Shown piece after piece: positions 1 through 9,234 of a stretch of DNA of 64,000 nucleotides. The position numbers and the translations under genes were made by a program. A model generated the notes under the pieces. It was not told the DNA's origin. It searched no databases and was given only the letters and a program-made list of their open reading frames with translations. How positions within the stretch are numbered: position 1 is the stretch's first letter; each line of letters begins with the position of its first letter. The DNA is taken from contig JBBCAX010000253.1 in the NCBI GenBank assembly GCA_051382335.1, forward strand, positions 10,552-74,551. The letters are read 5' to 3'. The stretch comes from Deltaproteobacteria bacterium TL4. GTDB lineage: Bacteria; SAR324; NAC60-12.

Positions 1-1
1 T

Positions 2-688
2 GAGGCGCTGGTTGAGGAAGTCTTGAAAGATCGCGCGTATTTCGAAAAATCAGGAGGTGGTGTAACGCTCTCAGGCGGAGAACCCACCATGCAAGTACGG
101 TTTGCGAAGGAGTTTTTGAAAAGATTAAAGGCGGAACACATTCATACCGCCTTGGATACCTGTGGAATGTGCTCTGAAAAAGCGCTGGAGCAGCTCTTGC
201 CTCATGCGGATATGATCCTTTATGACCTTAAAGAAATTGACTCAGAACAACATCAAAAATTCACAGGAGTGTCGAATGACAAAATTCTCAGTAATTTGAT
301 TTTTATTGCGAATTATATCAAAAGGACACAACCGTTGACTCAGCTTTGGATCCGAACGCCTATCATTCCCAAGGCCACAGCAACCAAAAAAAATATTGAA
401 GGTATTGGAAAATTCATCTCAGCGAATTTGCGAAACACGGTAAATCGCTGGGAACTGTGTGCGTTCAATAATCTGTGTAAGGACAAATACGAACGGCTTG
501 GTCATCATTGGGATTTTGATGGGTGTAGCCTTTTAAAAGAGGAGTTGATGGAATCCCTCGCGCAAACAGCCAGATCCTCTGGCGTTGAGGCCCGGATTGT
601 TCATTGGAGTGGCTCTACTCAAATTGAAGACCACAACGTGAAAACCATCAACCGTGCTGAACATTCAATGGAGGTGTGTCATGAATAA
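2..688 (+). CDS. Glycyl-radical enzyme activating protein (radical SAM, PflA/PflC-like), 5'-truncated by the window edge
   Basis: Frame is open from base 2 (EALVEEVLKDRAYFEKSGGGVTLSGGEP). Motifs GGVTLSGGEP, HTALDTCG, YDLK and IRTPIIP are typical of GRE activases. Confidence 0.88.
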   Translation, partial: EALVEEVLKDRAYFEKSGGGVTLSGGEPTMQVRFAKEFLKRLKAEHIHTALDTCGMCSEKALEQLLPHADMILYDLKEIDSEQHQKFTGVSNDKILSNLIFIANYIKRTQPLTQLWIRTPIIPKATATKKNIEGIGKFISANLRNTVNRWELCAFNNLCKDKYERLGHHWDFDGCSLLKEELMESLAQTARSSGVEARIVHWSGSTQIEDHNVKTINRAEHSMEVCHE

Positions 689-1625
689 GCAATTTTCGTT
701 TAAAACAGAAGACCTGAAGTCTTTTGAACCTGATGCCAAGGTTGGACTTTTGGCAACGGTCAGCCCTGATGAACTTCCTCATATCACCCTGATCACAAGC
801 CTTCAGGCCAAAACACCGTCTCAACTCATGTTTGCTCAATTTATTGAAGGGGTTAGCAAAGAGTACGTACAGCATAATCCCAAAACCGGCTTTCTGATCA
901 TGTCTTTAGACCGAAAATTATGGCGTGGGAAAGCACGCTGGACGCATCTTAAAAAAGAAGGTGAGGATTATCAACTTTTCAATAACAAACCCATGTTCCG
1001 CTACAATACCTATTTTGGGATTCACACGGTTCACTACCTGGACTTAGTCGAAACCTATGGAAAAGAAGACCTGCCCCTGCTGAAAATTCTTTCCTCCGCG
1101 TTAGTTACCAAGTCGAACAAAGCTTATGCCATGACAACCCTTGATCTTCCGCGTCCCCTGCAACAGCCGCTCAACGCTTTAAACTCACTCCTGGATTCCT
1201 TTCCTTTAAGTCCTGTAACACGGCTCACCCAGTCGCTTTTTAAAGAATCGATTTTGAAACCCTGGGCACAAGGCTTATTTAATAAACTTACTGCGCTTAA
1301 ATTTATATCTTTCCTGGACCATGAAGGGTTCCCTGTGCTTGTTCCCCTTTTTCAATGTCAGGCCGCGGATAGTCGACGCCTGGTTTTCTCACCCTTTGCT
1401 TATGAAAACGAACTTCGGCTCTTGAAAAAAGAGACTCCGGTGGCGGTGTTTGGCTTAACGATGAATATGGAAAGTATTCTTGTTCGAGGGATATTTCAGG
1501 GCTTTAAATCCTATGCCGCGACAAATCTGGGCGCGATTGACATCGATTGGGTTTATAACTCGATGCCTCCCAAACAAGGGCAAGTCTATCCTTCTGTCCC
1601 TATAAAAGCGGTTGTGGATTTTTAG
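681..1625 (+). CDS. Pyridoxamine 5'-phosphate oxidase-like (FMN split-barrel) protein, probably two tandem domains
   Basis: ATG at 681 with GGAGG RBS, overlapping the upstream stop. KVGLLATVSPDELPHITLI and KFISFLDHEGFPVLVP look like two PNPOx-like domain starts. Confidence 0.6.
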   Translation: MNKQFSFKTEDLKSFEPDAKVGLLATVSPDELPHITLITSLQAKTPSQLMFAQFIEGVSKEYVQHNPKTGFLIMSLDRKLWRGKARWTHLKKEGEDYQLFNNKPMFRYNTYFGIHTVHYLDLVETYGKEDLPLLKILSSALVTKSNKAYAMTTLDLPRPLQQPLNALNSLLDSFPLSPVTRLTQSLFKESILKPWAQGLFNKLTALKFISFLDHEGFPVLVPLFQCQAADSRRLVFSPFAYENELRLLKKETPVAVFGLTMNMESILVRGIFQGFKSYAATNLGAIDIDWVYNSMPPKQGQVYPSVPIKAVVDF

Positions 1626-1862
1626 GAGCCGTAGTTGTTGGCTTGAATTTGATAGAGCGAAACCCCCTGGCGGTGCCATCCCGGAAAAAAGCTGGGTTCT
1701 TTAAGCCGTGGAAGGTGTCAGAGGTAAAAATGAAATGAATTGACATTTTTTAGAAATATATTAAATACTTACGGCTTTATTGCCCTCATTGCGTTTTTTC
1801 TGATCTTTCAATAAGCAGATTACAACCTTTTTGATAGCACCTTTAACAATAGGGATCTTGTT

Positions 1863-2831
1863 ATGACCGCACCTTGGATTACTTATCGACCCGAATTAAA
1901 AATCCTCGATTGCACCATTCGTGATGGTGGATTGATCAACGACCACATGTTTGAAGATGGCTTGGTGAAAGCTGTTTATGATACTTGCTGTGAGGCGGGA
2001 GTAGACTACATGGAGTTAGGCTACAAAGCTTCAAAGAAAATTTTTGCTCTGGACAAATCTGGCGTATGGAAATTTTGTGATGAGGATCAAATTCGCCGGG
2101 TTATTGGTGATCATCAAGGGCCTCTCAAATTGGCTGTAATGGCAGATGCGGAAAAAACAGATTATAAAACCGACATCCTTCCCAAGAGTGAGAGCATCCT
2201 GGATGTGATTCGCGTCGCGACTTATGTGCATCAAATACCTACAGCCGTCAATATGATTAAAGACGCTTATGACAAAGGCTATGAGGTTTGCTGCAACATC
2301 ATGGCGGTTTCCAATGTTCAAGATGCGGAATTGCAACAAGCTTTGGAAATTCTCGCTGGCACCCCTGCCAGTACGATTGTGGTGGTCGATAGTTTTGGCT
2401 CTCTTTATACGGAACAGATCGAAATATTGGTCAAAATGTACCAAAAAGCGTTGGAAGGAACCAACAAAGAAGTGGGCATTCACGCACACAATAATCAACA
2501 ATTAGCCTTCGCAAATACCATTGAAGCCATCATTCATGGCGCAAACCGGTTAGATGCGACGGTTGCTGGAATCGGTCGAGGTGCGGGTAACTGCCCCATG
2601 GAACTGTTGATTGGATTTTTACGCAATCCCAAATATAATATCCGACCTTACTTGAGGTTACTGGAAGAATATTTTGTCCCCTTGAGAGAAACCATTGAGT
2701 GGGGTCCCTTAGTTCCCTACAATATCACAGGACAACTCAATCAACACCCCAGAGCGGCAATTGAGATGCGAATGGGTAAGGACAAGGATAAATACGTTGA
2801 GTTTTACGATAAATTAGTCTCCGACTTATAA
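1863..2831 (+). CDS. DRE-TIM (HMGL-like) aldolase, 4-hydroxy-2-oxovalerate aldolase-related
   Basis: Motifs LDCTIRDGG, DSFGS, HAHNN and GIGRGAGN. Confidence 0.85.
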   Translation: MTAPWITYRPELKILDCTIRDGGLINDHMFEDGLVKAVYDTCCEAGVDYMELGYKASKKIFALDKSGVWKFCDEDQIRRVIGDHQGPLKLAVMADAEKTDYKTDILPKSESILDVIRVATYVHQIPTAVNMIKDAYDKGYEVCCNIMAVSNVQDAELQQALEILAGTPASTIVVVDSFGSLYTEQIEILVKMYQKALEGTNKEVGIHAHNNQQLAFANTIEAIIHGANRLDATVAGIGRGAGNCPMELLIGFLRNPKYNIRPYLRLLEEYFVPLRETIEWGPLVPYNITGQLNQHPRAAIEMRMGKDKDKYVEFYDKLVSDL

Positions 2832-2850
2832 GCAAAGGCAGAAAGCGGCT

Positions 2851-3480
2851 ATGGATGTAGGACAGTTTAGAAAACTCCCCCTCGTGGGGATTTTGAGGGG
2901 AATTGAAAAAGAGATGGTCGAACCTCTGGTTGAAACCGCTGTTTCTTCAGGTTTGAAAACGATCGAAATCACGATGAACACTCCCAAGGCCCCCGAATTA
3001 ATAAAACTGATGCGAAACCTTTCCGCAGGTCGTTTGTTCGTAGGGGCCGGCACTGTTTTATCCATGAGCGACCTGCATTCAGCCTTAGAGGCGGGAGCCT
3101 CCTTCATCGTTATGCCAACGCTGGTCGCTGAAGTCGTTGAATACTGTGCCGAAAATTTAATTCCGGTTTTTCCCGGAGCCTTAACCCCTCAAGAAATTTT
3201 CAACGCCTGGAATGCCGGTGCCACCATGGTCAAGGTTTTCCCTGCCAAATTTTTTGGGGCGGAATATTTCAAAGAGCTTAAGGGCCCTTTTCAAAACATT
3301 GAATTATTAGCCTGTGGAGGAGTGACCCCCGAAAATATCGCCTCATTTTTCGATGCGGGGGTCTCCGCTATCGCTTTTGGCGGGAGTGTTTTCGCACCCA
3401 AGTTGCTTGCGGCACAAGACTTTTCTCAAATCGGAAAAAATATAAAAGCCTTTGTTGATCAATATACGCTCACCTGCTGA
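2851..3480 (+). CDS. eda: KDPG/KHG aldolase
   Basis: Motifs GILRG, IEIT, GAGTV, GALTPQE, VKVFPA and GGV. Confidence 0.85.
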   Translation: MDVGQFRKLPLVGILRGIEKEMVEPLVETAVSSGLKTIEITMNTPKAPELIKLMRNLSAGRLFVGAGTVLSMSDLHSALEAGASFIVMPTLVAEVVEYCAENLIPVFPGALTPQEIFNAWNAGATMVKVFPAKFFGAEYFKELKGPFQNIELLACGGVTPENIASFFDAGVSAIAFGGSVFAPKLLAAQDFSQIGKNIKAFVDQYTLTC

Positions 3481-3516
3481 ACCCCCCTGAAGCAACGCAG
3501 AATCAAATGAAAAAAC

Positions 3517-4230
3517 TCAGCGTTGAGGACTTGCGGTTTTTAAATTTTTTGCTAGTTGTCGGCCTTCATTGTATTGCTGTCTGAAGTAATTTTTTGCTTT
3601 GTCAGGGTCAAAATCGAGTAATGTCCCTCCAAGTTCAAAATGATGGGTAAACACCCTCCCCACCGCATAGGTACAGGCAACAGCGCTGGTAGGCATGATT
3701 GCCGCGCCTATTACTGAGCCAAAACCAGGTATGGTTTTCAGAAAACTTCCCAAACTTTGGGAAAATGACAGAGGAACAACGGCCCCTAATAAGGATGCCA
3801 TGTAGGTAGGGCTTTTATGCGCAGAATAAGGAACCTCATAAAGCGTTGAAATCGATTTCAACATTTTCAACTGGAGCACACCTAAGGCGGCAGTGTCAAC
3901 GAAAGGTAGAGGGAAAACCCCAACGCCCATAGCCAAAATCATATAATTCTGAATAATTCCTTCCACCTCCCGCTTTCGAACAAGCTGTTGTCGGGTATCG
4001 GAAATGTCCGGTTCCTCAATTTTCAACGGAGACGTCTCAAGCTCAGCCTTCTTATTTCTGGTTTCAGTCTTGGGTGTTGGCGTCTTCTGGTTGATACTTT
4101 GAGCGGATTCATCAACTATGGGTTCGTATAACCGCCTTCTTGCGCGTTGAAATTTTTCAGACTCTTCAGTAGGTGATTGGGCTTGGGGGATTTCGTTTTC
4201 GGGTGGAGTTGAGGGGGTTTGATTGCTCAT
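3517..4230 (-). CDS. DUF697/YcjF-family protein with a disordered N-terminus
   Basis: GVGVFPLPFVD...QLKM...IPGFG...TYAVGRVFTHHFELGGTL; paralogous to 4301..4831. Confidence 0.75.
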   Translation of the reverse strand: MSNQTPSTPPENEIPQAQSPTEESEKFQRARRRLYEPIVDESAQSINQKTPTPKTETRNKKAELETSPLKIEEPDISDTRQQLVRKREVEGIIQNYMILAMGVGVFPLPFVDTAALGVLQLKMLKSISTLYEVPYSAHKSPTYMASLLGAVVPLSFSQSLGSFLKTIPGFGSVIGAAIMPTSAVACTYAVGRVFTHHFELGGTLLDFDPDKAKNYFRQQYNEGRQLAKNLKTASPQR

Positions 4231-4300
4231 GATTTATCACTAAAATAAAGATTCTCAAACTTTTGGTGCCTCTATTGACTGAGGCACCCCATGAAAATAT

Positions 4301-4831
4301 TTAAGCGGCTTTTTTATTAGTAGCTTCAGCTTTCATTTTTGAAGCAACCAGTTTGCCTTCTTCATAAAGTTCGGCAAAATGGCCTCTAACCTTTTCCGGA
4401 TCAAAAGTCAGGAACGTTCCTCCTGAAGCAAAATGTTGCAGGAAAATCTTTCCAACAGCATAAGTGGAAGCTCCTGCGGAAAGTGGCGTCACGACAACAC
4501 CAATCATGGGACCTACAAAGGGAATAAATTTAGTTAAACTTCCACCCACTCTTGATAATCCACCAACACCAACACCTCCTAACAAGGAACCAATCGTCGA
4601 TTTACCCCAGTTGCTTTTAAATTCCAGATCATAGAGTTTGCCAAGCTGATTTAAAAGTCTGAGCTGGAACGCGGTAACGCCCAAGATGTCAACAAGAGGA
4701 ATGGGGATCAATCCAACACCCATTGACCATAACACATTTGTTTTGATATAGCCCAATCCCTCAAGTTCTTTTTCTCTATCAGAAACCTGAGCCTCAGGGG
4801 TTACTTTTTCTTTTTTTTCATTACTACTCAT
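4301..4831 (-). CDS. DUF697/YcjF-family protein
   Basis: ATG at 4831 with AGGAG RBS; GVGLIPIPLVD...IPFVG...TYAVGKIFLQHFASGGT. Confidence 0.78.
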   Translation of the reverse strand: MSSNEKKEKVTPEAQVSDREKELEGLGYIKTNVLWSMGVGLIPIPLVDILGVTAFQLRLLNQLGKLYDLEFKSNWGKSTIGSLLGGVGVGGLSRVGGSLTKFIPFVGPMIGVVVTPLSAGASTYAVGKIFLQHFASGGTFLTFDPEKVRGHFAELYEEGKLVASKMKAEATNKKAA

Positions 4832-5273
4832 AGTACTCCTTATGGTTTGATTTTGAAGCAAATTAACCGCTGTTGCTTAACAGAAGTCCGTCTTAATCCA
4901 TTAAAATTGCAAGCTACCTCATAACTCCGTCGAAGGATGCGTCACTACATCACATCTAATTCGTATGATACCGGACCCCGGCCTAAGAGATACCTTAACT
5001 TCAAGGTATTCCGCAAGATTTTTAAAGCATTTTACCTAATTTTTTATAATGATTCATTCCACAAAACACACAATCCCGTACCTTATAGGCGAAAGGTACG
5101 TATCAATTTCTTATGAGGCACTCTCCACCTTCAGAAATTAAGTGTGTTATTCAGGAATATATTGGACCCAAGGGCGTGAATGAAACCGGGATGGTAAACA
5201 ACCCAAGGAAGTTTTCTCAGACAACCTCTTGGGATGGGCCACCCAAAGAGAAGAGAAGTGGCCCCCCCTTTTT

Positions 5274-5534
5274 CTATTTTTTTTCAACCTTGTCTAAAAG
5301 TTTTGAAGCTAATTCACCCACTTTTTGATTCACGCTCCGAATGGTGTCGTAAACACTGCCAATTGAGGAATCCTGGACTTTTTTAATGGATTTTGCTTTT
5401 GCTTCAAAGCCACTAATTTTTTCCAAAGTGTCCAACGGCATATTGGCAATTTGCTTATGAACTTCTTCGACTGTAGTTGCGCCCTTGTCAATTGCATTTT
5501 GTACCAAGTCTTTCAAACTTTTTAAATTCGCCAT
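5274..5534 (-). CDS. Small helical hypothetical protein (86 aa)
   Basis: GGAG RBS upstream; amphipathic helical pattern; hairpin downstream at about 5225-5250. Confidence 0.7.
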   Translation of the reverse strand: MANLKSLKDLVQNAIDKGATTVEEVHKQIANMPLDTLEKISGFEAKAKSIKKVQDSSIGSVYDTIRSVNQKVGELASKLLDKVEKK

Positions 5535-5841
5535 GATCGTTTCTCCAAATAAGAATGATGTTTCGTTTCGTCTTTCCTTTGTAAGTGCCCAGTCAAAAGT
5601 GATTTAACAAGGTGACTGGAGACAGGTATACGCGTGAGGACGGCTTCAAATTCGACAAGAAGGAGCTTGAACCTTTCAAGACCCACAGTTTTCACCTATA
5701 GTAACAATCCGATAAGAGCAAGAAATTTTTATAAGCTTTTATCAGTTCATGTGAATTTTAAAAAAGGCTAGCGCTTCCTTAAAGAGCGAGTCTTCCCCGA
5801 CTGGGAGGTGGCGGAGAAAAACCGCTACCTAACCGATTCGC

Positions 5842-6195
5842 TCACATATTTTCCAGTCTTGTCAGATCGGAAACTGAAGAAACACAGGCGTCCATGTCCG
5901 TCAACAGCCCATCCGAGCTTGCATAAATCCAACTGTGGATGGTCACACTCTGGCCTCTCTGCCAGGCTTCTTGAACAATCGTCGTGTTTCCAACATTCTT
6001 TACTTGCTCGATCACATTCAGTTCGCAGAGTCGGTTTATCCTTTCTTGCACTGTGGAAAACCGAGATAGTTTGGCAGACCGTCTTTGAGAAATATCGCGA
6101 ATGTGACGAAGCCAGTTGTCGATCAAACCGTGAGGTTGACTTTCTATTGCCGCTCTCACGCCGCTGTATCCGTAATGACCGCAGACGATGATATA
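5842..6195 (-). pseudogene. Beta-class carbonic anhydrase, C-terminal remnant
   Basis: YIIVCGHYGYSGVRAA...NWLRHIRD...RLCELNVIEQV...AWQRGQ. The N-terminal half is absent and the Zn-ligand Cys of GHxxCGG is Tyr. Confidence 0.8.
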
Positions 6196-6278
6196 GACGC
6201 CCTGATTTAGATACTCAAACTCGTATTCATATTGCTATGTTTGCTTGGTTGCATCAAGGGGTTTACGGGAAAATGACT

Positions 6279-6469
6279 GGTAGCACCACACTTAACCGTG
6301 GTTGAGCATTTTCAGGGTGAATTTCTCGTTGCGAGGCTCCAGCCTCGTAACGCAAAGAGTGAGGCTCCAGCCTCCATTTAGTCAAGGCTAGAGCCTTGTC
6401 TTATGGGTAACGAGGCTGGAGCCTCGTTACCAGTAAAGTTAACCGACCACGGTTAACTGGAGTGCTACC
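6279..6469. mobile_element. MITE-like element with ~26-bp imperfect terminal inverted repeats, carrying GAGGCTCCAGCCTC palindromes
   Basis: Left end GGTAGCACCACACTTAACCGTGGTTG; right end (rc) GGTAGCACTCCAGTTAACCGTGGTCG. Internal CTCGTTGCGAGGCTCCAGCCTCGTAAC ... GTAACGAGGCTGGAGCCTCGTTAC. No target duplication found. Confidence 0.65.
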
Positions 6470-6590
6470 TCTGCTAAATCGTCCAGTATTGTTTTAAAAG
6501 ATTTGTACTTTGGCTTAATCTGGCAAGCTTCGCATCCTTGACGGTTCCGAATCACAGAGCCTCGTCATCCGATAAGGTTTGAATTGGAAA

Positions 6591-7130
6591 TCAGAAGGTT
6601 TTTGGCGTAAAGTTCGCCGGAGTTGCGAGAGAAAAGACTTCATCATGGACGGATGCCAGATACAGACCCGAGTGAAGGACCTCCTCTCTCACGGAAGACT
6701 CGGTGTCCACATAGACCACCATCCCCCGGATCGTTTTGTCAGAATATTCCGGAAAAAACATACGGAAGTTTTTCAGTATCTCCAGCGTTTGATCCAGATC
6801 CCGTTGTTCCAGACGACTTTTCACTTCAATCACATACAACTCATTCACTGTACCATTCGTATAAGCCACTGCATCCACTTCCATGTTCTTTCCCTCTTTT
6901 CTCTTGCGGAGACGAGTCAGAAAGGTATCCATTCCAAAGCGCTCCGTCATGATTTTCGAGATGGAGGGAAATGCCATCGCTTCGGTGAAGGTGCCAAACT
7001 TGTTATTCAACCCTCCGATATTTTTTGACAATTCTTTGACAATACTGCTGGTTTCCTTGATTTCACGGTCCGTTTCCGCTGTTTTTTCCTTCATCTCATG
7101 GCTCGTTTCCTTGAGTTGACGGTCCGTTGA
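6591..7130 (-). pseudogene. DUF3782-like coiled-coil / PD-(D/E)XK nuclease-fold protein, N-terminally truncated
   Basis: ETDREIKET coiled-coil, GGLNNKFGTFTE, EVDAVA and IEVKS motifs. The 5' end joins directly onto a DUF1566 fragment. Confidence 0.65.
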
Positions 7131-7312
7131 TCGCTGGACTAAAGCTATCATAATTCGCGATACTCATCAATTCCCGTGGAGTTGGCAAACGCCACCCCGA
7201 GGAATAGCCGCCCAGATTGAGTCCCGAACAATAGGTTCCCGCATCTGCCCAAGTGCGAGTTGTGGCATCATCCTGCTTTTGCCACAACAATCCCGTCACA
7301 TTATCCGTTTTA
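7125..7312 (-). pseudogene. DUF1566 (Lcl, C-type lectin-like) domain fragment
   Basis: TDNVTGLLWQK...TWADA..YC..L.LGGYSSGWRLPTPRELMSI; both ends missing. Confidence 0.7.
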
Positions 7313-7455
7313 TTAAAAAAACAAAAAAATCTGGCATATTTCACAGGCTACCAACTTATGCCGATACCCTTTGTAAATTCAATTAGTTAGTCGCTGGCGC
7401 TTAATTACTTTTCTGGTTGCACCGCTTCGCGTTGCAGGGTGCAGGAGCACCCAAT

Positions 7456-7691
7456 CGGCATGTTTCACCCATGCCTAACACTTTGTGGAGGCTATCCATT
7501 TAATCCGATATATCCTAATCTGTCTGAGAAATGGTAGGCGGGGATTGCATGCCCCGCCCTTGTGTCTAGCCGTGCATGCTATTCTGGCCTACTGTATCAT
7601 TTAAAACTGGTAGGTCAGCATTACATGCCCGACCAGGCGGGGCGTGCAATCCCCGCCTACCATAACTGTTAGTCATAAATGAAACATGCCG
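7456..7691. mobile_element. 236-bp MITE with 6-bp target duplication, carrying a GTAG-type REP doublet
   Basis: Ends CGGCATGTTTCAcccATGcCTAAC and (rc) CGGCATGTTTCAtttATGaCTAAC; CCCAAT duplicated at 7450-7455 and 7692-7697. Confidence 0.75.
7534..7660. repeat. GTAG-type REP inverted doublet plus a degenerate third unit
   Basis: GTAGGCGGGGATTGCATGCCCCGCC ... GGCGGGGCGTGCAATCCCCGCCTAC. Confidence 0.75.
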
Positions 7692-7779
7692 CCCAATCAG
7701 GCATTCCCACGCCGGAGCATGGGAACGAGTTTCCTGCTTTAAAGCAGTACCCAAAAAATCTACACCAATGACCAAACAT

Positions 7780-8128
7780 TCTTGAATCGTATTTTGATGC
7801 CTTTTCAAGTTTCTCTCTCCGACCTCTTTAATTTGATCATAACGGGATTGCGGCATCTCAATAATCTCAGGTTTCCAATATTCTTTTTTCCAGGTGGTCA
7901 TGACCTGTTGGGCATTTTTGAAACTCATGTCAATCGGATCGGTTACTTCGGTCTTACCTTGGAAATTAATTTTTGCGATGATCCCCTCCTGAATGGAAAT
8001 TGGGTCCCCTTCTAATTTTCTATATTCAAAAAAGTTGAGATGAATTTGCTGGCAATCGCAACCAGGATTTGGGCAATAAAGGTCCTCGACCCAATACTCT
8101 TTGTCCCTGTGTTTGAAATGGAAAGAAC
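7780..8128 (-). pseudogene. Central fragment of a SEC-C motif protein, truncated by the ISKra4 end
   Basis: YWVEDLYCPNPGCDC...[14 protein letters not shown]; the continuation lies on the + strand at 8925..9077. Confidence 0.65.
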
Positions 8129-8924
8129 GGGTGCAATTAAAAGTGTGAGGCAACAGTAAAGGCTTTGTATAATTTATTGAAATTGAGTATTCTGTCTTAC
8201 GATAAGAGCTCAGAAGAACAATTAAATAGATACAAAGCGAGGTAAAAATTGAAAACTATTAAACAATCTTTGATACGAGATGAGAGTTTGGAAGGCCGTT
8301 TAGGACGACATCCTCAGCTAAAAAAAAGAGTAGAGGCGATGCTGGATTTGATAGAAAATACAGATGGAAATATTGAGAAAGCCAACATATAGACGTTCAT
8401 TTAAATAAATTCATTGGAGTCTAACCCAGGCTGTGGAGTGCCAAAGCTTGCTTTGGCCAAAGCCAAAGAAAGGCTTTCGCCTTTCTGGCCAAAGCAAGCT
8501 TTGGCACTCCTGAAACAGCGTTGTTTAAACGGCTCTCGCAACAGGATGAGTTTTCTGAATTTATTTAAATGAACATCTATAGCGGAACAATATGTGATTG
8601 ATGAGATTCGAAAAATGGGTCATGACATTTTAGAAAATTGGTCTAAGCAGCAGATCAATAAAAAAACAATTAGAGCTGAGAGTGACTCTTCTATAGAAGG
8701 TGGCGGAAAAAAAAACTTCATTGGCATACAACGTTCGGTCAAATAGAAGAAAGTTCACATCGATATATTATTCAAGATCGAATGAAACTACCGGGAGCTT
8801 GGTGGGAAGTCAATAACGCAAAAAAAATGTTGGCCTTGAAACTTTTACAGGTAAACGGAAAATGGGAAAACTATTGGGAAAATCGGTGGGAAAATAATGT
8901 TGCCTCACACTCTTAATTGCACCC
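8129..8924 (+). mobile_element. Internally deleted ISKra4-family insertion sequence
   Basis: 27-bp TIRs GGGTGCAATTAA(A/G)AGTGTGAGGCAACA with one mismatch. Transposase remnants RHPQLKKRV..AEQYVI, an A9 slippery run at 8707-8715, and HWHTTFG joined to SHRYIIQDRMKLPGAWW. Confidence 0.8.
8390..8579. mobile_element. 190-bp MITE with TA target duplication (IS630-like ends), carrying a palindrome doublet
   Basis: TAGACGTTCATTTAAATAAATTCA ... TGAATTTATTTAAATGAACATCTA, flanked by TA. Removing it restores the transposase frame (ANI|AEQ). Internal GGAGTGCCAAAGCTTGCTTTGG ... CCAAAGCAAGCTTTGGCACTCC. Confidence 0.85.
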
Positions 8925-9077
8925 GTCGGAGAGAGAAACTTGAAAAGGCATCAAAATACGATTCAAGATACCTCTCAAATCCTACTTCCTGAGGTCGGAC
9001 ACAATGAGTTATGTCCTTGTGGAAGTGGGAAAAAATATAAGAAATGCTGTGGAAAAAAAGGGATGGCGGTTCTTTGA
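8925..9077 (+). pseudogene. C-terminal fragment of the SEC-C motif protein
   Basis: Reads [50 protein letters not shown]; no start codon. Confidence 0.75.
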
Positions 9078-9234
9078 ACTTCAATCTACCCTTCTTCACC
9101 GGAAGGTCACGCAAAGCTTTGAAGATAAGCTTCCTCAGGAGCTATCTTTATACCAAGAATATCATGCTTTAAATGAAAGAAAGACTCTTAGCGCAACATT
9201 TATTTTAGGAAACATGTCAATTTGTTAATGCCTT

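Noticed and set aside
1740..1770. Sigma70 promoter for the aldolase pair
   Set aside because: Perfect TTGACA, but no convincing -10 at proper spacing.
7125..7312. DUF1566 fragment as a DGR template repeat
   Set aside because: It is not AAC-rich, matches the domain N-terminus rather than a variable region, and has no similarity to 48121-48288.
7566..9114. ORFs 7566..8153 and 8905..9114 as one minus-strand gene simply split by the IS
   Set aside because: The join is in frame, but the right-hand piece is the antisense of the SEC-C C-terminal coding sequence.
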